Part shown: piece by piece, positions 1 through 12,759 of the stretch | Layout of the letters: each line of letters opens with the position of its first letter | How positions within the stretch are numbered: position 1 is the stretch's first letter | Assembly: GCF_018350175.1 (NCBI RefSeq) | Contig: NC_058368.1 | Coordinates: forward strand, 204,912,001-204,976,000 | Reading direction: 5' to 3' | DNA length: 64,000 nt | Source of the DNA: Felis catus | Taxonomy: Eukaryota | Program-made: the position numbers and the translations under genes | The notes under the pieces: model-generated | Seen by the model: the letters and a program-made list of their open reading frames with translations, nothing else | Databases searched by the model: none | Told to the model about the DNA's origin: nothing

Positions 1-784
1 TTTCCATGTGTTCATGAATTTTTCAGTTTTCCTCTCATTATTGATTTCTAATTTCATGTCATTGTGCTCACAGGAGATACTCAGTATGATTTCAATCTTC
101 TTGAATTGGCTAAGGTTGTTTTGTGGCCTACCAAATGTTCTATCCAAGAAAATGTTCCATGTGTGCTTGAGAAGAATGTGCATTCTGCTGTTGTTGGATT
201 GAATGCTCTGTATATGTCTGTTAGGTCCATTTGGTCTATAGTGGTGCTCAAATCTGTTTCCTTATTGATTCTCTGTCTAGATGATCTATCCGCTGCCGAG
301 AATGGGGAATTAAAATACCCAACTATTATTATATTACTCCTTCTGGCTCTGTTAGTTTTTGTTTTACATATTTAGGTGCCTTAATGTTGGGTGCATAAGT
401 CTTTACAATTGTTATATCTTCTTGATGTGTTGCCCTCTTTATCATTACATTATGACCTTTTTTGTATCATTTTCACATTTTTGATTTAAAGTCTGATATA
501 TGGATAGCTACCCCTGCTTTTTATTTTTTGTGTTTTTTTCTTCTTTTTCCTTTTTTATTTTTTATTTTTGGTTACCATTTGTTTAAAATGTATTTTTCCA
601 TCCCTTCACTCTCAGTCCATGTGTGTCTTCTCTAAAGCTAAAGTGAGTCTCTTGAAGCCAACATATTGTTAGATCTTGTTGTTGTTGTTTTAATCAACTC
701 AACAATTCTATGTTTTCTAATTGGAAACCCTAATTCATTTATGTTTAAAGTAATTACTGATAGGTAAGAACTTACTATTGCTAT
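1..784 (-). pseudogene. Degenerate L1 ORF2 N-terminus (APE-type endonuclease region)
   Basis: ORF2 start motif with ATA in place of ATG at ~784. 140-200 resembles the antisense of the EN segment EYTFFSSAHGTFSRIDH, also present in the 46.9-kb L1. Confidence 0.8.
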
Positions 785-1263
785 TTTGCTATTTTCTGGT
801 TGTTTGTAGATTCATTGTTCCATGTTTCTTATCACGCTGTTTTTGTGTATTTTGATGTCTTTTGTTATCAGTACACTTTGACTTCTTTATCATGTCCTAT
901 TATATAACTACCATAGGATTTTCCTTTGTGGTTATCATTAGGCTTACATAAATTTATAATACCCTATTTTGAACTGATAACAGTTTCAATAAAATGCATA
1001 AACTTTATAATTTTACTTCTCTTCCTGGTCACATTTTAAGTTTTTGCTTTTAAAATCTACATGTTATTTTATTGTAACATGAATTTTATAACAGAATATT
1101 GTAGCTATAAGTTATTTTTACTACGTTTGATTTTAACTTTTAAACTAGAGTTTTAAGTGAATTATGCCCCACTATTACCATATTGTAGAACAAAACATAT
1201 TACCAGAAGGATTTACTCTATCTTTTTATGTTTTTATGATGTTAATTAGCATTATTTTAATTT

Positions 1264-2173
1264 TCAAAGAACTCCTTTTAACATTTCCTTTAGGGTAGGT
1301 CTTGTGGTAATAAATACCCTCAGCTTTTGTTTGTTTGGGAAAGTCTTCATCCCTTCTTTATTTCTGAAAAACAGCTCTACTGGGTATAGAATTCCTGATT
1401 TTCAGTTATTTTCTTACGACATCCTGAATATGTCATCCCATTCTCTCCTAGCCTGAGAAATCTGCCAGTAGTCTGATGGGGGTTCCCTTGTTTGGAACTT
1501 CTCTCTTCTCTCTTGCTGCTCTTAAAATTCTTTGACTTTTGATGATTTAATTATAATGTGTCTTGGTATAGTCCTACTTGGGTTCAATCTATTTGGAATT
1601 CTTTGGGCTTTATGGATCTGGATAACCATTCCTCTCCCCAGGTTTGAGAAGTTTTCAGCCATTATTGCTTTAAATATACTTTCTGTCCCTTTCTCTTCTC
1701 CTGGATTTCCCATAATGCAAATATTCCTTTTCATTGTGTTCCATAATACCCATAGGCTTTCCTTACTCTTTCATTCTTTTTCCTTCTCTGACTGGGTAAT
1801 TTCTAGTGTCCTATCCTCCAGGTCACTGATTCTTCTGTATGGCCAAGTCTACTTTTGAAACTCTGTACTAAATTCTTCAGTTCAGTTATTGTATTTTTCA
1901 ACTCTAGGATTTCTATTTGTTTTTTTGATGGCTGCTATCTTTTTGTCAAACTTCTTGTTTGTTCATGCATTGTTTTCCCAATGTTATTTAGTTGTCTGTG
2001 TTTTCTTGTAGCTCATTAAAATTCTTTAAGAGAATTATTATTAATTCTTTCTCTGACAGTTCATAGATCTCCATTTTATTAGTGTCCTATTATTGGAGCT
2101 TTATTATTTTCCTCTGGCAGTGTCATATTTACCTTTTTATGATCCTTGACTCCTTACATTGCTGTTTCCTCAT
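1264..2173 (-). pseudogene. Degenerate L1 ORF1 (coiled coil, RRM, CTD)
   Basis: RRM peptide in ORF 1522-1734; C-terminal EMLKGVL* near 1264-1290; probable ATG at 2173; disrupted reading frame. Confidence 0.8.
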
Positions 2174-5100
2174 TTGAGTAATCAGGCTCCTCTCCCAGAC
2201 CTTACAGGTCTCTGCTTTGGCAGAGACAGTTTTTCACCAGTCCGCTCATTTTGGGTTTCTGTGTGTGCTTGCTGGTAACGTCCTTGGGCAAGTGGCACCT
2301 GCTTTTATGATCTATTTTTGAGCAAGGCAATTGCCAAGCTCAGAGGATGGGGATGGTGGTAGGAGTGGTTTGCCACTGGCTGAGAACAGTTGGATAGGAC
2401 TGCTGGCTTTGTCTCCTACTTAAGTGAAGCTGTAGGATGAGATCCACAGTTGCCTAGATTCTTAGGTCAGGCTTACTAGATGGTTGGGACTGGGTACTAT
2501 ATTCAGTAGTAGATGGGGCTATGAATTAGCTTCTCTGCCCTATCAAGACAGACCTATACAACCTGTTGTTTGAGGACCCAAATCAGTCCAGACTGTGCAT
2601 TCAATTTCCTGGTCAGGTGAGACCACAGACAAAGCCAAGGGTTGTGCTCTCTGTTCAAGTACCACTATATGTAGGGCTGCTGAATGGGCTCTACAGCTTC
2701 CTATGTGCCTGGGTCTGGTTCCCTGGTTCAACAGGCTGAAATATGTATTCAGCAATGGGTGGGGCTATGAATTAGCTTCTCTGCCTGGGCACAGCAGGAG
2801 AAGCAGTTCTAGAGTTGGTAAAGCATGCTAGTGGCTATCCTACTCAAGCCAACCTGCATCCCAAGTTCCCTGACCAAACAGGGCCACTGGCTTTGCTCTG
2901 CGAAGTACCAGCTCTGCCAACCTCTTGGTTCAAGTGTCACTGGACTGCACAGCTTCCAGTAGTTATCTCCAGCCCTTCTGGTCAGATGGGGCTGGAAGAT
3001 ACTCTCCATGGTAGGTGGAGCTGTCTCAGCTCTCATGCCTGGGCATGAGAGTAGGGGCTGCTCCAGACTGCTCTCAGTTTCCCAAACAGGCTCTCTGATT
3101 GGGAGGAGCTGGGAGCTACCCTCAGCCTTGGCTGTGAATTCATCTCCCTGCCTCTGCATACATTGGGAATGTTCCATGCCTGGTACTGGCTTTGCTCTGG
3201 GGATGATCAACTCTGCCTGCTCGCCTCTCAGCTCAAGTGCTGCTAGGCCACACTGCTTTTAGGAGTTGTTACCAGGCCTTCTAGTCAGATGGGGCCAGAA
3301 GGCATTCCCCATGGTGAGTTGGACTATGATTCAGCTCCTTGTTTAGGGCTAGCGAAACTCCTCATTTGAGGACCCAAATCAGGCAGACTTGCACTCCATG
3401 GAGTTCCCTCATCCGAGTATACCCTGATTTGGTTCTACAGATGAGCAAATCTTCTGGCGGGGTTTACTACGAGGACACAGCAGGCATGAACCTGGTCTGC
3501 CAAGATCCATGTGCTGCTTGTTGCAAGTCCCTCTCATTTTCTCCATCATAGTCAGATTCCCAGTGGCTGAGATTCCCTGAAATCCCCATGGTGCAAGATT
3601 AGAGTGGGGGCTCCTGAAAAGAAACCTACAATGCAGGGGGTGCTGCTAACTGTCCCCCTGGGGTTCTCTTCCCAATGTAGGAACTGGAGGCTCAAGGGAG
3701 ACCTCTGCCTTTGGTGCTGGCCTTGTGGAGGGGCGATGTGGTCAGTGTGTAGCTGCTTCTTTTACTCTTGTAATCTGTCTTAGCCTCTGTGGTGTAGGGT
3801 GGTTCTTCAGCTGCACCCTCTGTTTTAGGATTCTCTCAGTGGTGCCCTATTCTTGAATAGTTGTTATTTGTTTTTCTTATGAGGGGGAAAACCTATGTTA
3901 CCTTGGTGATGTTAATCCCAACTTCAAGCCTTTTGCCTGTTCCATGTGGGAGCACGTTGACAAAAGTCAGGAACAAATACCAATTAGAGGTTACATGAAC
4001 ACATAAGTAAATAACAAAATAACAAAAATCTACTCTATAATATCACAGTTATGCTCTGTAACTCGCTCCAAAAGTAAGCCAAATGAAGCCTTTGTTTCTA
4101 TTAGCATGTACTATTGTTACTCATTTCATGGGTCCAGAAGAGCCTTTGGTGGGCATAGTTCGTAGATTTATACTAAGCAACTCGATGGAGAGAAAGCTGA
4201 AATAATGGCTCCCACAAGACCAACGTACCTAATGAACTCATTTACAGGCCTGTAAAACAGACGACATGGAAGGATTCCTACTGGCCTCCTGACCAAAGCT
4301 TTTACAGCCCAACTCCCTTCTTACTGGTTATGAAGCCTGGACCACCCACTAAATTTTCTCCAGCTAAATAAACAGTTATAGTTGAGAGAAGTGCAAACTT
4401 CTGGGCTTACTGTTTTTAGATCCACCCAGTGTTCACTCAAGTCTGAGTTCCAGCAGGTAATAGACAAATCCCAACAGAATGAAACTGGGATCTTAATTAA
4501 GCCTTACCGCCAAATGCATGAAATCATTAGGTTGGTCCTCAACCTGTGTCTACCATCACTCTTCTTTCCATTGAACAACTGCCTGACTCAGAATAGCCAA
4601 TGCTTTTTAGATGAAACAGATCATTATAACACTGATTCCATGGAAAAAAGAAAAATGGAGCAGCTTACAAAGGAAGTTCCATTAGTAAACTGACAGCATT
4701 TAACAACAGAGAGACCATATACCGGGAGATGAAGAAGGAAAAATATGACAACAACAGTTGTAAACAGTAGCTGTCTGCATGAGAGAGACACTAGCCTCTG
4801 CCAAAATAAACTATGAGGAGAAGAAAACTGTTTACCAGTAAGGCAAAACTCGTTTCTGGGTTTGTAATCATTTCCCTTTAGAGTCGTTCTTTGGTTTTCT
4901 GAAAGGCACCACGTTGAAGGTCTATACAGAATTCTGATGAGATCAGGGGGAAAAATAGCAGCTAGTATGTATTTAGCAAACATACATTAAATGCCCACTG
5001 TGTGTAAAGACGTTGCATTTTGGTAAAGCCTGCATCATGCTTTATGACCTTGTGGCATAAGCACTCTTTGCACTTTCAGTCGGTGTTCTTGATAAAAGAT

Positions 5101-7139
5101 GACTGCCCCCTCCTGGCCACCTTTTATGAGATTGTTTTAAGAATTTGTTGTTCCCATCACCTGTCCTCATTGCTCTTCCTTCTCTGAGATGTCACAAACT
5201 TCCAGTGAAATGGAGCGTCCCGTTGGTCTTTAAAGGGCTAATCTACTTTCAGATGACAGAGACTAAACACAGGAAATCTTACAGAGCTCCTTTATCCAAT
5301 AGGGCTGGGATCATATTACTTAGAGGGACCCTCCACTGTCCCTCCCGCAATCTTTTCTTTCCATCTTCGTCTGTCGTTGTGTAATGACTACAAACCTTCA
5401 CCAATGTTCTCACCATGGCAGAGTTCCAGAGACAGGCCTGGGTATTACCTCACCAGAGATCCCAGTCTATTTACTGCCCTAGCTGCTTCTCTTACTTAGG
5501 CCCTGCTCCAATTTTCCATTTCTATTTCTCAAACCCACACCTGGTTCTGCTAACTCTGTACCCTGAGACTCTGTAATTGGTCTCAGGGTATCTTTACATT
5601 TCTGAATCATTTCTTTCTTCCTGCATCTAGAACCATTTATGTCCAGGATCAGAGCTAGGTGGGAGTTTGCATAAACCCAGATAAAACTTGCTTTTTGAGG
5701 ATAAGTTTTAACAGGAAGTAAGAGAGGTCTGGTTATTAGAGAGGCAAGGCTAGAAATCCTACCACGTAGTATAGTGAATTTATCTTCTCAATGCAGAATC
5801 TCTGGACCTTCCTCTCCAAGGAGGGGACCTGGCTCATGGTGGATTTGCAGAACAAATCTGGACTGGGGACCTGTACCCAGAAGCCACTTGCAAGCATCAA
5901 ATTCCCACCTGCAGAATCCAAAGCATAGGTGTTAAGATGGATCCACTAACTTTAGTAAATCTTTTACTATAATTACCCACTCGTCGTCAAGACCAGCTGA
6001 AGAACTTCCCAATGTTGACTAGGAAAAATAACATCCAGAGCATAGTAGGTTTTATTTCATTTTGATTTTCCTGTAAGTGATAACATAATTTTTTCAAAGA
6101 CCTATAGGATCATAAAGAATTTTCATACTGGCCTCATTAATATTGGTAACCAACTCACACTTAACCGCTAGTAAAAAGGAAGCAGGGAAAGGAGGAAGGT
6201 AACGTACATAAGTTAAAGTCACAGACAATCCCCAGACCTCTTCAATCCAGTTTTAACCTCATCCTGCTAAGGCTTTTATCAGAGTTGCTAAGAAATAACC
6301 AATGTGACATATTTAAGCTTCATCTCATCTATTTCCTCTCCCAGGCTTCTACTTGGGCTGCTAATGAGCTGTGAAGTGGCTAAAGACAGCTGGCCTCCAC
6401 ATGGGAGGGAGAAGACTACAAGCTGGATAATCCACAAAGTCACGTGGATACCACGCAAGAAGGCATACTCTTGTTACTCCAGCTCCGGTAGATAGGAATG
6501 CAGAGTCTAAATAGGACTTTTTCTTCCCAATAACTGTCCCTACGCAGTTGAAATCTCGCAAAAGAGGTACTTTTGTTGTTGTTTAAAGCATTGGGTCTCT
6601 AGCAATCATCTGATTGTCAAATTTGGCTACATTAGCCTACTGAGATGCGGAAATGTACAATAGTTGGTAGTGAAACACAACCTGCCAATGGCAGAGCCAA
6701 GAAACGGCTTACAGCAGGGCACTGTTTTCCTCAGGAACCTCACTAAGGATCTCTCTAATTCAACCTTATTTCCTTGATCATTGAAAAAAAAAAGTTTTCT
6801 CCCAGAGCCATGAATCCAGGATACCAAAGTAAGAACCTTAAGGTGTTAAAAAATGTTTAGGGTTGGTGAGCTGGGGGGTGGGGAGCAGTGACAGCACCAC
6901 AAGCCGAGAGGTGAATCAGAAGTGGCAGAGAGACCTGGGGAAGAGGATGTGTCAAAGCTTTTAATTCAGATCAAAAACAGTTATGGGCAGTTTACTTGTT
7001 CCGTTACCTTTATTAATTAATAGTCTTAGCTAGTTGCCAATGGGCAGCTCACGTTCAAGTATAGGGCCCTAACGGATTTAGATACAGAGTAATTTTTGCT
7101 GTAGAAAAACATGCAGAAATGAATATTGCTAGTTCATCA

Positions 7140-7260
7140 GTACATATATATGTATGTGTGGATATATATCTGCACATACATATATATGTACTTATATACC
7201 CACACATATATACACACATGTAAATGAACACATAGAAGTACAAATATAAACATATATTCA
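7140..7260. repeat. Degenerate (TA/CA/TG)n low-complexity tract
   Basis: Alternating purine-pyrimidine sequence; source of spurious ORF 7055-7261. Confidence 0.7.
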
Positions 7261-7366
7261 TGAAATATCTTTACAAACAAAGACAAAATCAGAAAAGGTA
7301 GAAAGGCAGATGGACTATTCTCTAGGTAAGAAGGAAATGCAGGTGAATTCTAAAGGAATTTGAATT

Positions 7367-9950
7367 TCATTAATTCAACAAAGATTTATGAAATGCCTTC
7401 CACATGCTGGGCCATGCTCTAGGCACTGAAGATACAGCACAGAAAAACAAGGGAAGCAAAGGAAACGACACAAAGCAAAAACGACACAATTCTTGCCTTC
7501 ACAGAGCTTATATACTCATGGATGCAGGTCAGGCAATAAATGAGTAATATCTATCAGGTGATGAGTACTATGGAGAAAACTAAACAATGGCATCCAGGGA
7601 AGAATGTCTGGAGGGGGTGAGAGCGTGGGACTTTTAAATGAGCTGTCAGGGAAGCTGACGCTATGAAGGACAAAAATCTGAACAGAGATCTGCAAGAGAT
7701 GAAGAAATCCAGGAGGACTCCTGGAGGGACAGAACTCCAGGTGGGGAGAGCAAGTGCAAAAGCCTCAAGGAGATGCTCGCTTGACACATCTGAGAAAGAG
7801 ACACGATGACAGTAGGTGAGAACAGGCCGTTCTGTTACAACATGTGTTTCTGTAACAGCAATTAGCTCATAGAGTATTGGTTAATAGTAGGATAGCGTTG
7901 GTATAAGATGGCAACAAGATTTTCCTTAGGCAGAAAGAGCCAGAATAGGAGAATTCCAATCTTAGCAGGAAAGGGGAAAGCCCTCAGCTTGGCTACTGCA
8001 CAGGCTGGAGTGTCTTCAGCTCCATTTAAGAGAATTAAAAAGGAGTACCTGCACCAGAGGTATCTCCCCAGAAATGTGTCCCCTCTCACTTGAACAGCTT
8101 TTCCAAGTTATCCTTTATTGCTTTCATTAGTGCTGAGGTTTTAAATCATATAAGACAGGAGAGGTCTGCTCCAATCCAAATTTTCCCAGAAGCCTTGTTA
8201 TTTTTAGAGTAGGTTTTGCAGAGCACAAAGTTTTTCAGAACACATAGAGTACTACAGTAGAAACATCTGCTCAAGTGAAGCCAACGATTACAGAGAACCG
8301 GACCACAGTGGGCCTTATTGGCCACTATGAAATGGGGAGGCACTGGAGAGCTTTGAGCAGAGGCATGCGATGATGTCATGTGCTGAACACAAACTGGCAG
8401 GGGGAGGGGATCAGAGGAGAGAGGCTAAGCAAGTACAAAAGCAGGCAGACCAGATAGGAGCCTTTACAATAATGCAGGTGAAAGAGGATGGTGGCTTGGA
8501 CCAGGAGGGTAGGAGTGGAAATGGTGTGAAATGGTTCGCAAGACTCCAATATGGTTCGGCCTAAGCAACTCAAGGATGGAGGTGTCACCAGCTGAGATGG
8601 GGATGGTTAAAGGATGACATAATTAAGGGTGATCAGTTCAGTTTTGGTAAAGTCAATGTTATGTGCCTATAAAGCATTCAAGTGGAGATTTCAACATGTC
8701 CAGAGCTCAGGGGAGATTAATTTGGAGCTTTTCAGTGTATGGGTATTATTTTAAGCAACAAGAGTAAACATATTCCAATTCCTATCAAAACCTGACTTCC
8801 CAGCAACCTACTGGCAGCTAGACATGCTAATATCTACAAAGCCAATGGACTTAATTTTATTTCTTAGCACAACAGTCTAGATGCCTGGAACAGGAGCAGG
8901 AAGTGTTTATGGTGGCAGAGGAGTACACACCTCTCCCCCAAAAGAAAAGGGTCTAAGGTTTGGTTCCTGGGTCATTCTAACAGAGGTTGGGGTAATGAGC
9001 AAAAACAGCAAAGAAAGCTTAGAAGGAAGACCTGTGAGATGTGAAGAGTATCAGGAGAGTGTCTTGTGTCCTGGACACCAAGTAAAGAAGGAGGAGGTTG
9101 GTGATCAAACAAGTCAAAGAAGAGGAAGACTAAGGAATTGCTACTGAACTGAGCAACCAGGATATGGTGAGCAAAGTTCCCAGTGGCCAAGCACAGTTTC
9201 AGTTTCCATCTGCCATCCCACCATGATCGGTGTAGTATAGACAACTCTCCCAGGGAGTTTTGCTGAAAAGAGGTATAAAAAAAATGGAGCAATGGCTAAA
9301 TACACAGGACCGACAGCCATGTTTACTTTTTAATAGCACTGGGACATTACAGCATGTTTTTATGGTGACTGGAATGGTCCAGTGAAGAGAGAAAATATAT
9401 AATACAAGAAAGAAAGGGGAGAATTTCTGGGGTAATATCCCTGTGTAGAGGGCCAGGGGGACAGCAAGCGTCAAGTGGAGAGGTCCGTCTTAGCTCTTTG
9501 TTAACGGGAGGTAGGCAGAGCATATGGGCACCGATTCTGAGACACAGTGGATGTGGTGGTGGGAGCTTGTAGATTCTCTTCTGATTGCCTCTGGGTTTTG
9601 TTTTGTTTTGTTTTGCAGTAAAATAGGAATACCAGTTATCTGCCAAGAGGTAGGACGTGGGAAGTAAGTGTTAGAGGCTTGATGATAAATGAGAAGGTGT
9701 GAAATAGTTGTCTAGAAGAGTAGAAAAGAAAATGGACTAGGGAAATAAGGACACTGCCAGACATTACTAAGGACTCTATGAGGGTAGTGGCTGTGCATTT
9801 AAAGAGAAACCAAGTCAGCACGGTGTGTATTTTCTCCAGTGTTACTGAGCTCTCAGGTACACGCATGGTATAGGTGGAGAGCTGGATATAATCTAGGGTG
9901 GAATTTTGCCAGAGAGTATGATGAAGCAAGAGAAGCGCAAAAGATTATGA
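7367..9950 (-). mobile_element. Long fragmented LINE-2 remnant, interrupted by younger insertions
   Basis: Antisense L2 3' end TTCATTAATTCAACAAAGATTTATG...CTAGGCACTGAAGATACAG at 7367; purine-rich L2-type body at 7550-7810, 8320-8760 and ~8960-9950. Confidence 0.65.
7822..8304. mobile_element. Probable TcMar-Tigger-type DNA transposon remnant inside the L2
   Basis: Decayed terminal inverted repeats (CAGGCCGTTCTGTTACAAC ... CGATTACAGAGAACCGGACC); L2 sequence resumes on both sides. Confidence 0.4.
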
Positions 9951-9961
9951 TAATGAACTTC

Positions 9962-10302
9962 TATCTATGGTTTGAATGTTTGTGTCTCCTCCAAAATTCA
10001 TATGTTGAAATCCTAACGCCCAAAGGTGATGGTATTAGTAGGTGGGGCCTTTGGGAGATAATTAGATCATGAGGGTAGAGCTGTCATGAATGAGATTAGT
10101 GCTCTTATAAGAGATCCACAGAGCTCCCTTCCACCACATGAGGACACAAGAAGTCTGTGACCTGGAAGAAGGTCCTCGTGTGACCATGCTGATGCTCTAA
10201 TCTCAGATTTCCAGCCTCCAGGACTATAGAAATAAATTTCTGTTGCTTTTAAGCTACCCAGTCTCTGGTATGTTGCTACGGCAGCCTGAATGGACTAAGA
10301 CA
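9962..10302 (+). mobile_element. MaLR solo LTR, MLT1A-like
   Basis: CTATGGTTTGAATGTTTGTGTCTCCTCCAAAATTCATATGTTGAAATCCTAA start, AATAAATTTCTGTTG polyA signal, GGACTAAGACA end; ~340 bp. Confidence 0.85.
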
Positions 10303-11059
10303 TGAACCATGGAATATGGTTGTGGTAAGGATGTTTATTTCTTGTCAGCTGCAAGTGGACAGTTAGCCCGTGTAGGCTTTAAGCAGTTGTCATAGAGCAA
10401 GTGACCATCCACAGATACACATTTCATCATATAGTGATATCTTTTCCTCCTTACTTTTAAAATGTTCCTTTTCCCCTTCAAGCTGGTGGAACAACAGTAA
10501 CCTCAGACACCAACTTCCTGTTGGGAGATGGGTAAGATGTGTAATATCTCCACTCATACCATGAGTACACATGTCTTGAGGTTCACTACTTATAATAAAG
10601 AGTCTACCAACCGTGCCCTCAAATGAGGGCTCTAGAAGATAGTGGAGGGGACCAGTAGCAGGAGTGTGGGACAGAACATTACCATATTGCTGTGAACTCA
10701 TTTGCAAGTCATTTTCATGCACATGCCTCCTCCAGGCTTCCCTACTGCTCTTATTCCATCCCTAATTGTAACACTTCTGGGGAGATTCTCAATGTCTTTT
10801 CTATTTTTTTCCCTTTTGACCTTCACCCATAAGTGAGCTATAGAATGAGCCCTCTCAGTCCCACAACCACATACAGTCTTGAGTGAGGAGACTGAGCCAG
10901 GCAGACCTGACCAGTGACTCTGGCTGCTGTGAGGCATTTACAAGTGTCTTTGCAAGAAAGTACCAGAAAGTGGATGCTACCCCAAGATCAAATGAGGTCA
11001 GGACCCTGAATTATTTGAATATACTATTCTTTTTTGGCAGCTTGTGGACTCTAAAATAG

Positions 11060-11532
11060 CATTTCCCATCTGGGCTGGTTATTCTATTTGGCTCTGCTCC
11101 CCTAGCAGATCCATTCTAGGTCTTTCTCTCCTCCTCCACCTCAGGAGGCTTGCCTGCTATGGGCTGCCATCACCACCCTCGCTTGCTGGCTGACTTCCTA
11201 CTGGGTTTGAACAATTTGGATTTGAAAGAGAGGTCAGAGAGGACTTCCCCACAACTTCTTAGAATCCTAAGTCCCGACAGGATTCTAGCTTCTGTCACCT
11301 GTCCCTCCTCTGTGGCACCTGCTTTTCAAGAACTAGAGTAACACCATTTCCTCCCACTGCTGCTTCACATTTGGGGTGGTAACAGCCCCCACCTCATGGT
11401 GAGGGTCTGAGTGCCTCAACACACCTTGTTGGTGACTTCAACCCTACCCACACTTCTGTCAATCTCCCCTTCATTAAAGTCTCTTGAAATTTCTAAGTTA
11501 GACTGTTTCTTGACAGGACCTGGACTGATACA
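11060..11532 (+). mobile_element. ERVL-type solo LTR, LTR33-like
   Basis: 3' end CCCCTTCATTAAAGTCTC...CAGGACCTGGACTGATACA and internal GGGGTGGTAACAGCCCC; 5' boundary uncertain. Confidence 0.5.
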
Positions 11533-11631
11533 ACATTTCAAATTCTAGCATGTGTAATTTTACAACTGCATGTCAGTCCTGAAGCTGCTAGAACAAAGAA
11601 AGGAAAAGCAAATCTCAAACATGTGTAATAT

Positions 11632-11680
11632 ATTCATTCATTCATTCATTCATTCATTCAGTCAGTCAGTCAGTCAGTGA
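11632..11680. repeat. Compound tetranucleotide microsatellite (TTCA)n(GTCA)n
   Basis: Directly visible. Confidence 0.95.
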
Positions 11681-11736
11681 GTCTAGGTGAATATGCTAAC
11701 ACCTATGTCCTATTAAAAGTAGAGACAGAATACTTT

Positions 11737-11960
11737 TTTAAATTAATTAATTAATTTTATTTTATTTATTTTTTAAATATATGAAATTTATTGTCAAATT
11801 TGTTTCCATACAACACCCAGTGCTCATCCCAAAAGATGCCCTCTTCAATACCCATCACCCACCCTCCCCTCCCTCCCACCCCCATCAGCCCTCAGTTTGT
11901 TCTCATTTTTTTTAAGCTAAGTCGTTTGACATTTATTTTTTTTCATTTTTATTTTTATTT

Positions 11961-11995
<35 letters not shown>

Positions 11996-12258
11996 TTTTA
12001 ATATATGAAATTTATTGTCCGACTGGATTCCATACAACACCCAGTGCTCATCCCAAAAGATGCCCTCTTCAATGCCCATCACCTACCCTCCCCTCCCTCC
12101 TACCCCCCATCAACCCTCAGTTTGTTTTCATTTTTTAAGAGTCTCTTATGCTTTGGCTCTCTCCCACTCTAACCTCTTTTTTTTTTTTCCTTCCCCTCCC
12201 CCATGGGTTCCTGTTAAGTTTCTCAGGATCCACATAAGAGTGAAAACATACGGTATCA
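11737..12258 (-). mobile_element. Young felid-type L1 3' fragment: two tandem 3' ends within one 14-bp TSD
   Basis: TSD AGACAGAATACTTT at 11723-11736 and 12259-12272; two copies of ATATATGAAATTTATTGTC...CCATACAACACCCAGTGCTCATCCCAAAAG, each preceded by a T-rich tail. Confidence 0.92.
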
Positions 12259-12556
12259 AGACAGAATACTTTAAGAACTTCAGAATCATTTAACAGGGAA
12301 CCAGCTCTACATATCCCTTTTTTTTTTCTAATCGAAGTTTTACTTCCTGAATTAAAGGACACTTACAAAGGCTAGTGGTCACCTTTGTTAAAATCTTTTT
12401 CTATTAACTTTGAAACTATAATCATTTTGACAACAGAGCTTATTTAATACCATAGACAGCTGGTTATTAGATTATTTGAGAGGTTCTCCTAATAAAAGCC
12501 CCTAAGTTTCTGTTTCAGAGAAAGAAACACACGGAATAAAAATTTTAATTTACCTC

Positions 12557-12759
12557 AGGGCACAGGGGTGGCCCAGACGGTTAAGAATTGACTCTTGATT
12601 TTGGCTCAGAACATGATCTCAGGGTTGGTGAATTTGAGCCCTGTGATGACAGTGTGGAAACTGGGATTCTCTCACCCTCTCTCTCTGCCCCTCCCCTGCC
12701 CCCACACGCATTCACTTTCTCTATCTCTCCTTCAAAGTAAATAAATGAACTTAAAAAAA
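12557..12759 (+). mobile_element. Older CAN-SINE (tRNA-derived SINEC)
   Basis: Decayed A/B boxes, CT-rich region, A-rich tail; diverged TSD AATTTTAATTTACCTC / AATTTTAATATACTTC. Confidence 0.85.

Larger units (their letters stand above)
1..3920 (-). mobile_element. Old LINE-1 (L1M/L1MA-type) 5' half: 5'UTR, ORF1, long inter-ORF spacer and start of ORF2; continues beyond the left edge
   Basis: Minus-strand translation gives an L1 ORF1 RRM segment (KRNICIMG..GTESIFKAIMAENFSNLGR..IQIHKAQRIPNRLNPSRTIPRHIIIK, 1522-1734) and an ORF2 N-terminus (AIVSSYLSVITLNINELGFPIRKHR from ~784). A GC-richer repetitive 5'UTR spans ~2175-3920. Many stops and frameshifts. Confidence 0.9.

Noticed and set aside
4241..4256. 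Perfect 16-bp palindrome TTTACAGGCCTGTAAA
   Set aside because: About one such palindrome is expected by chance in 64 kb (64000/4^8).
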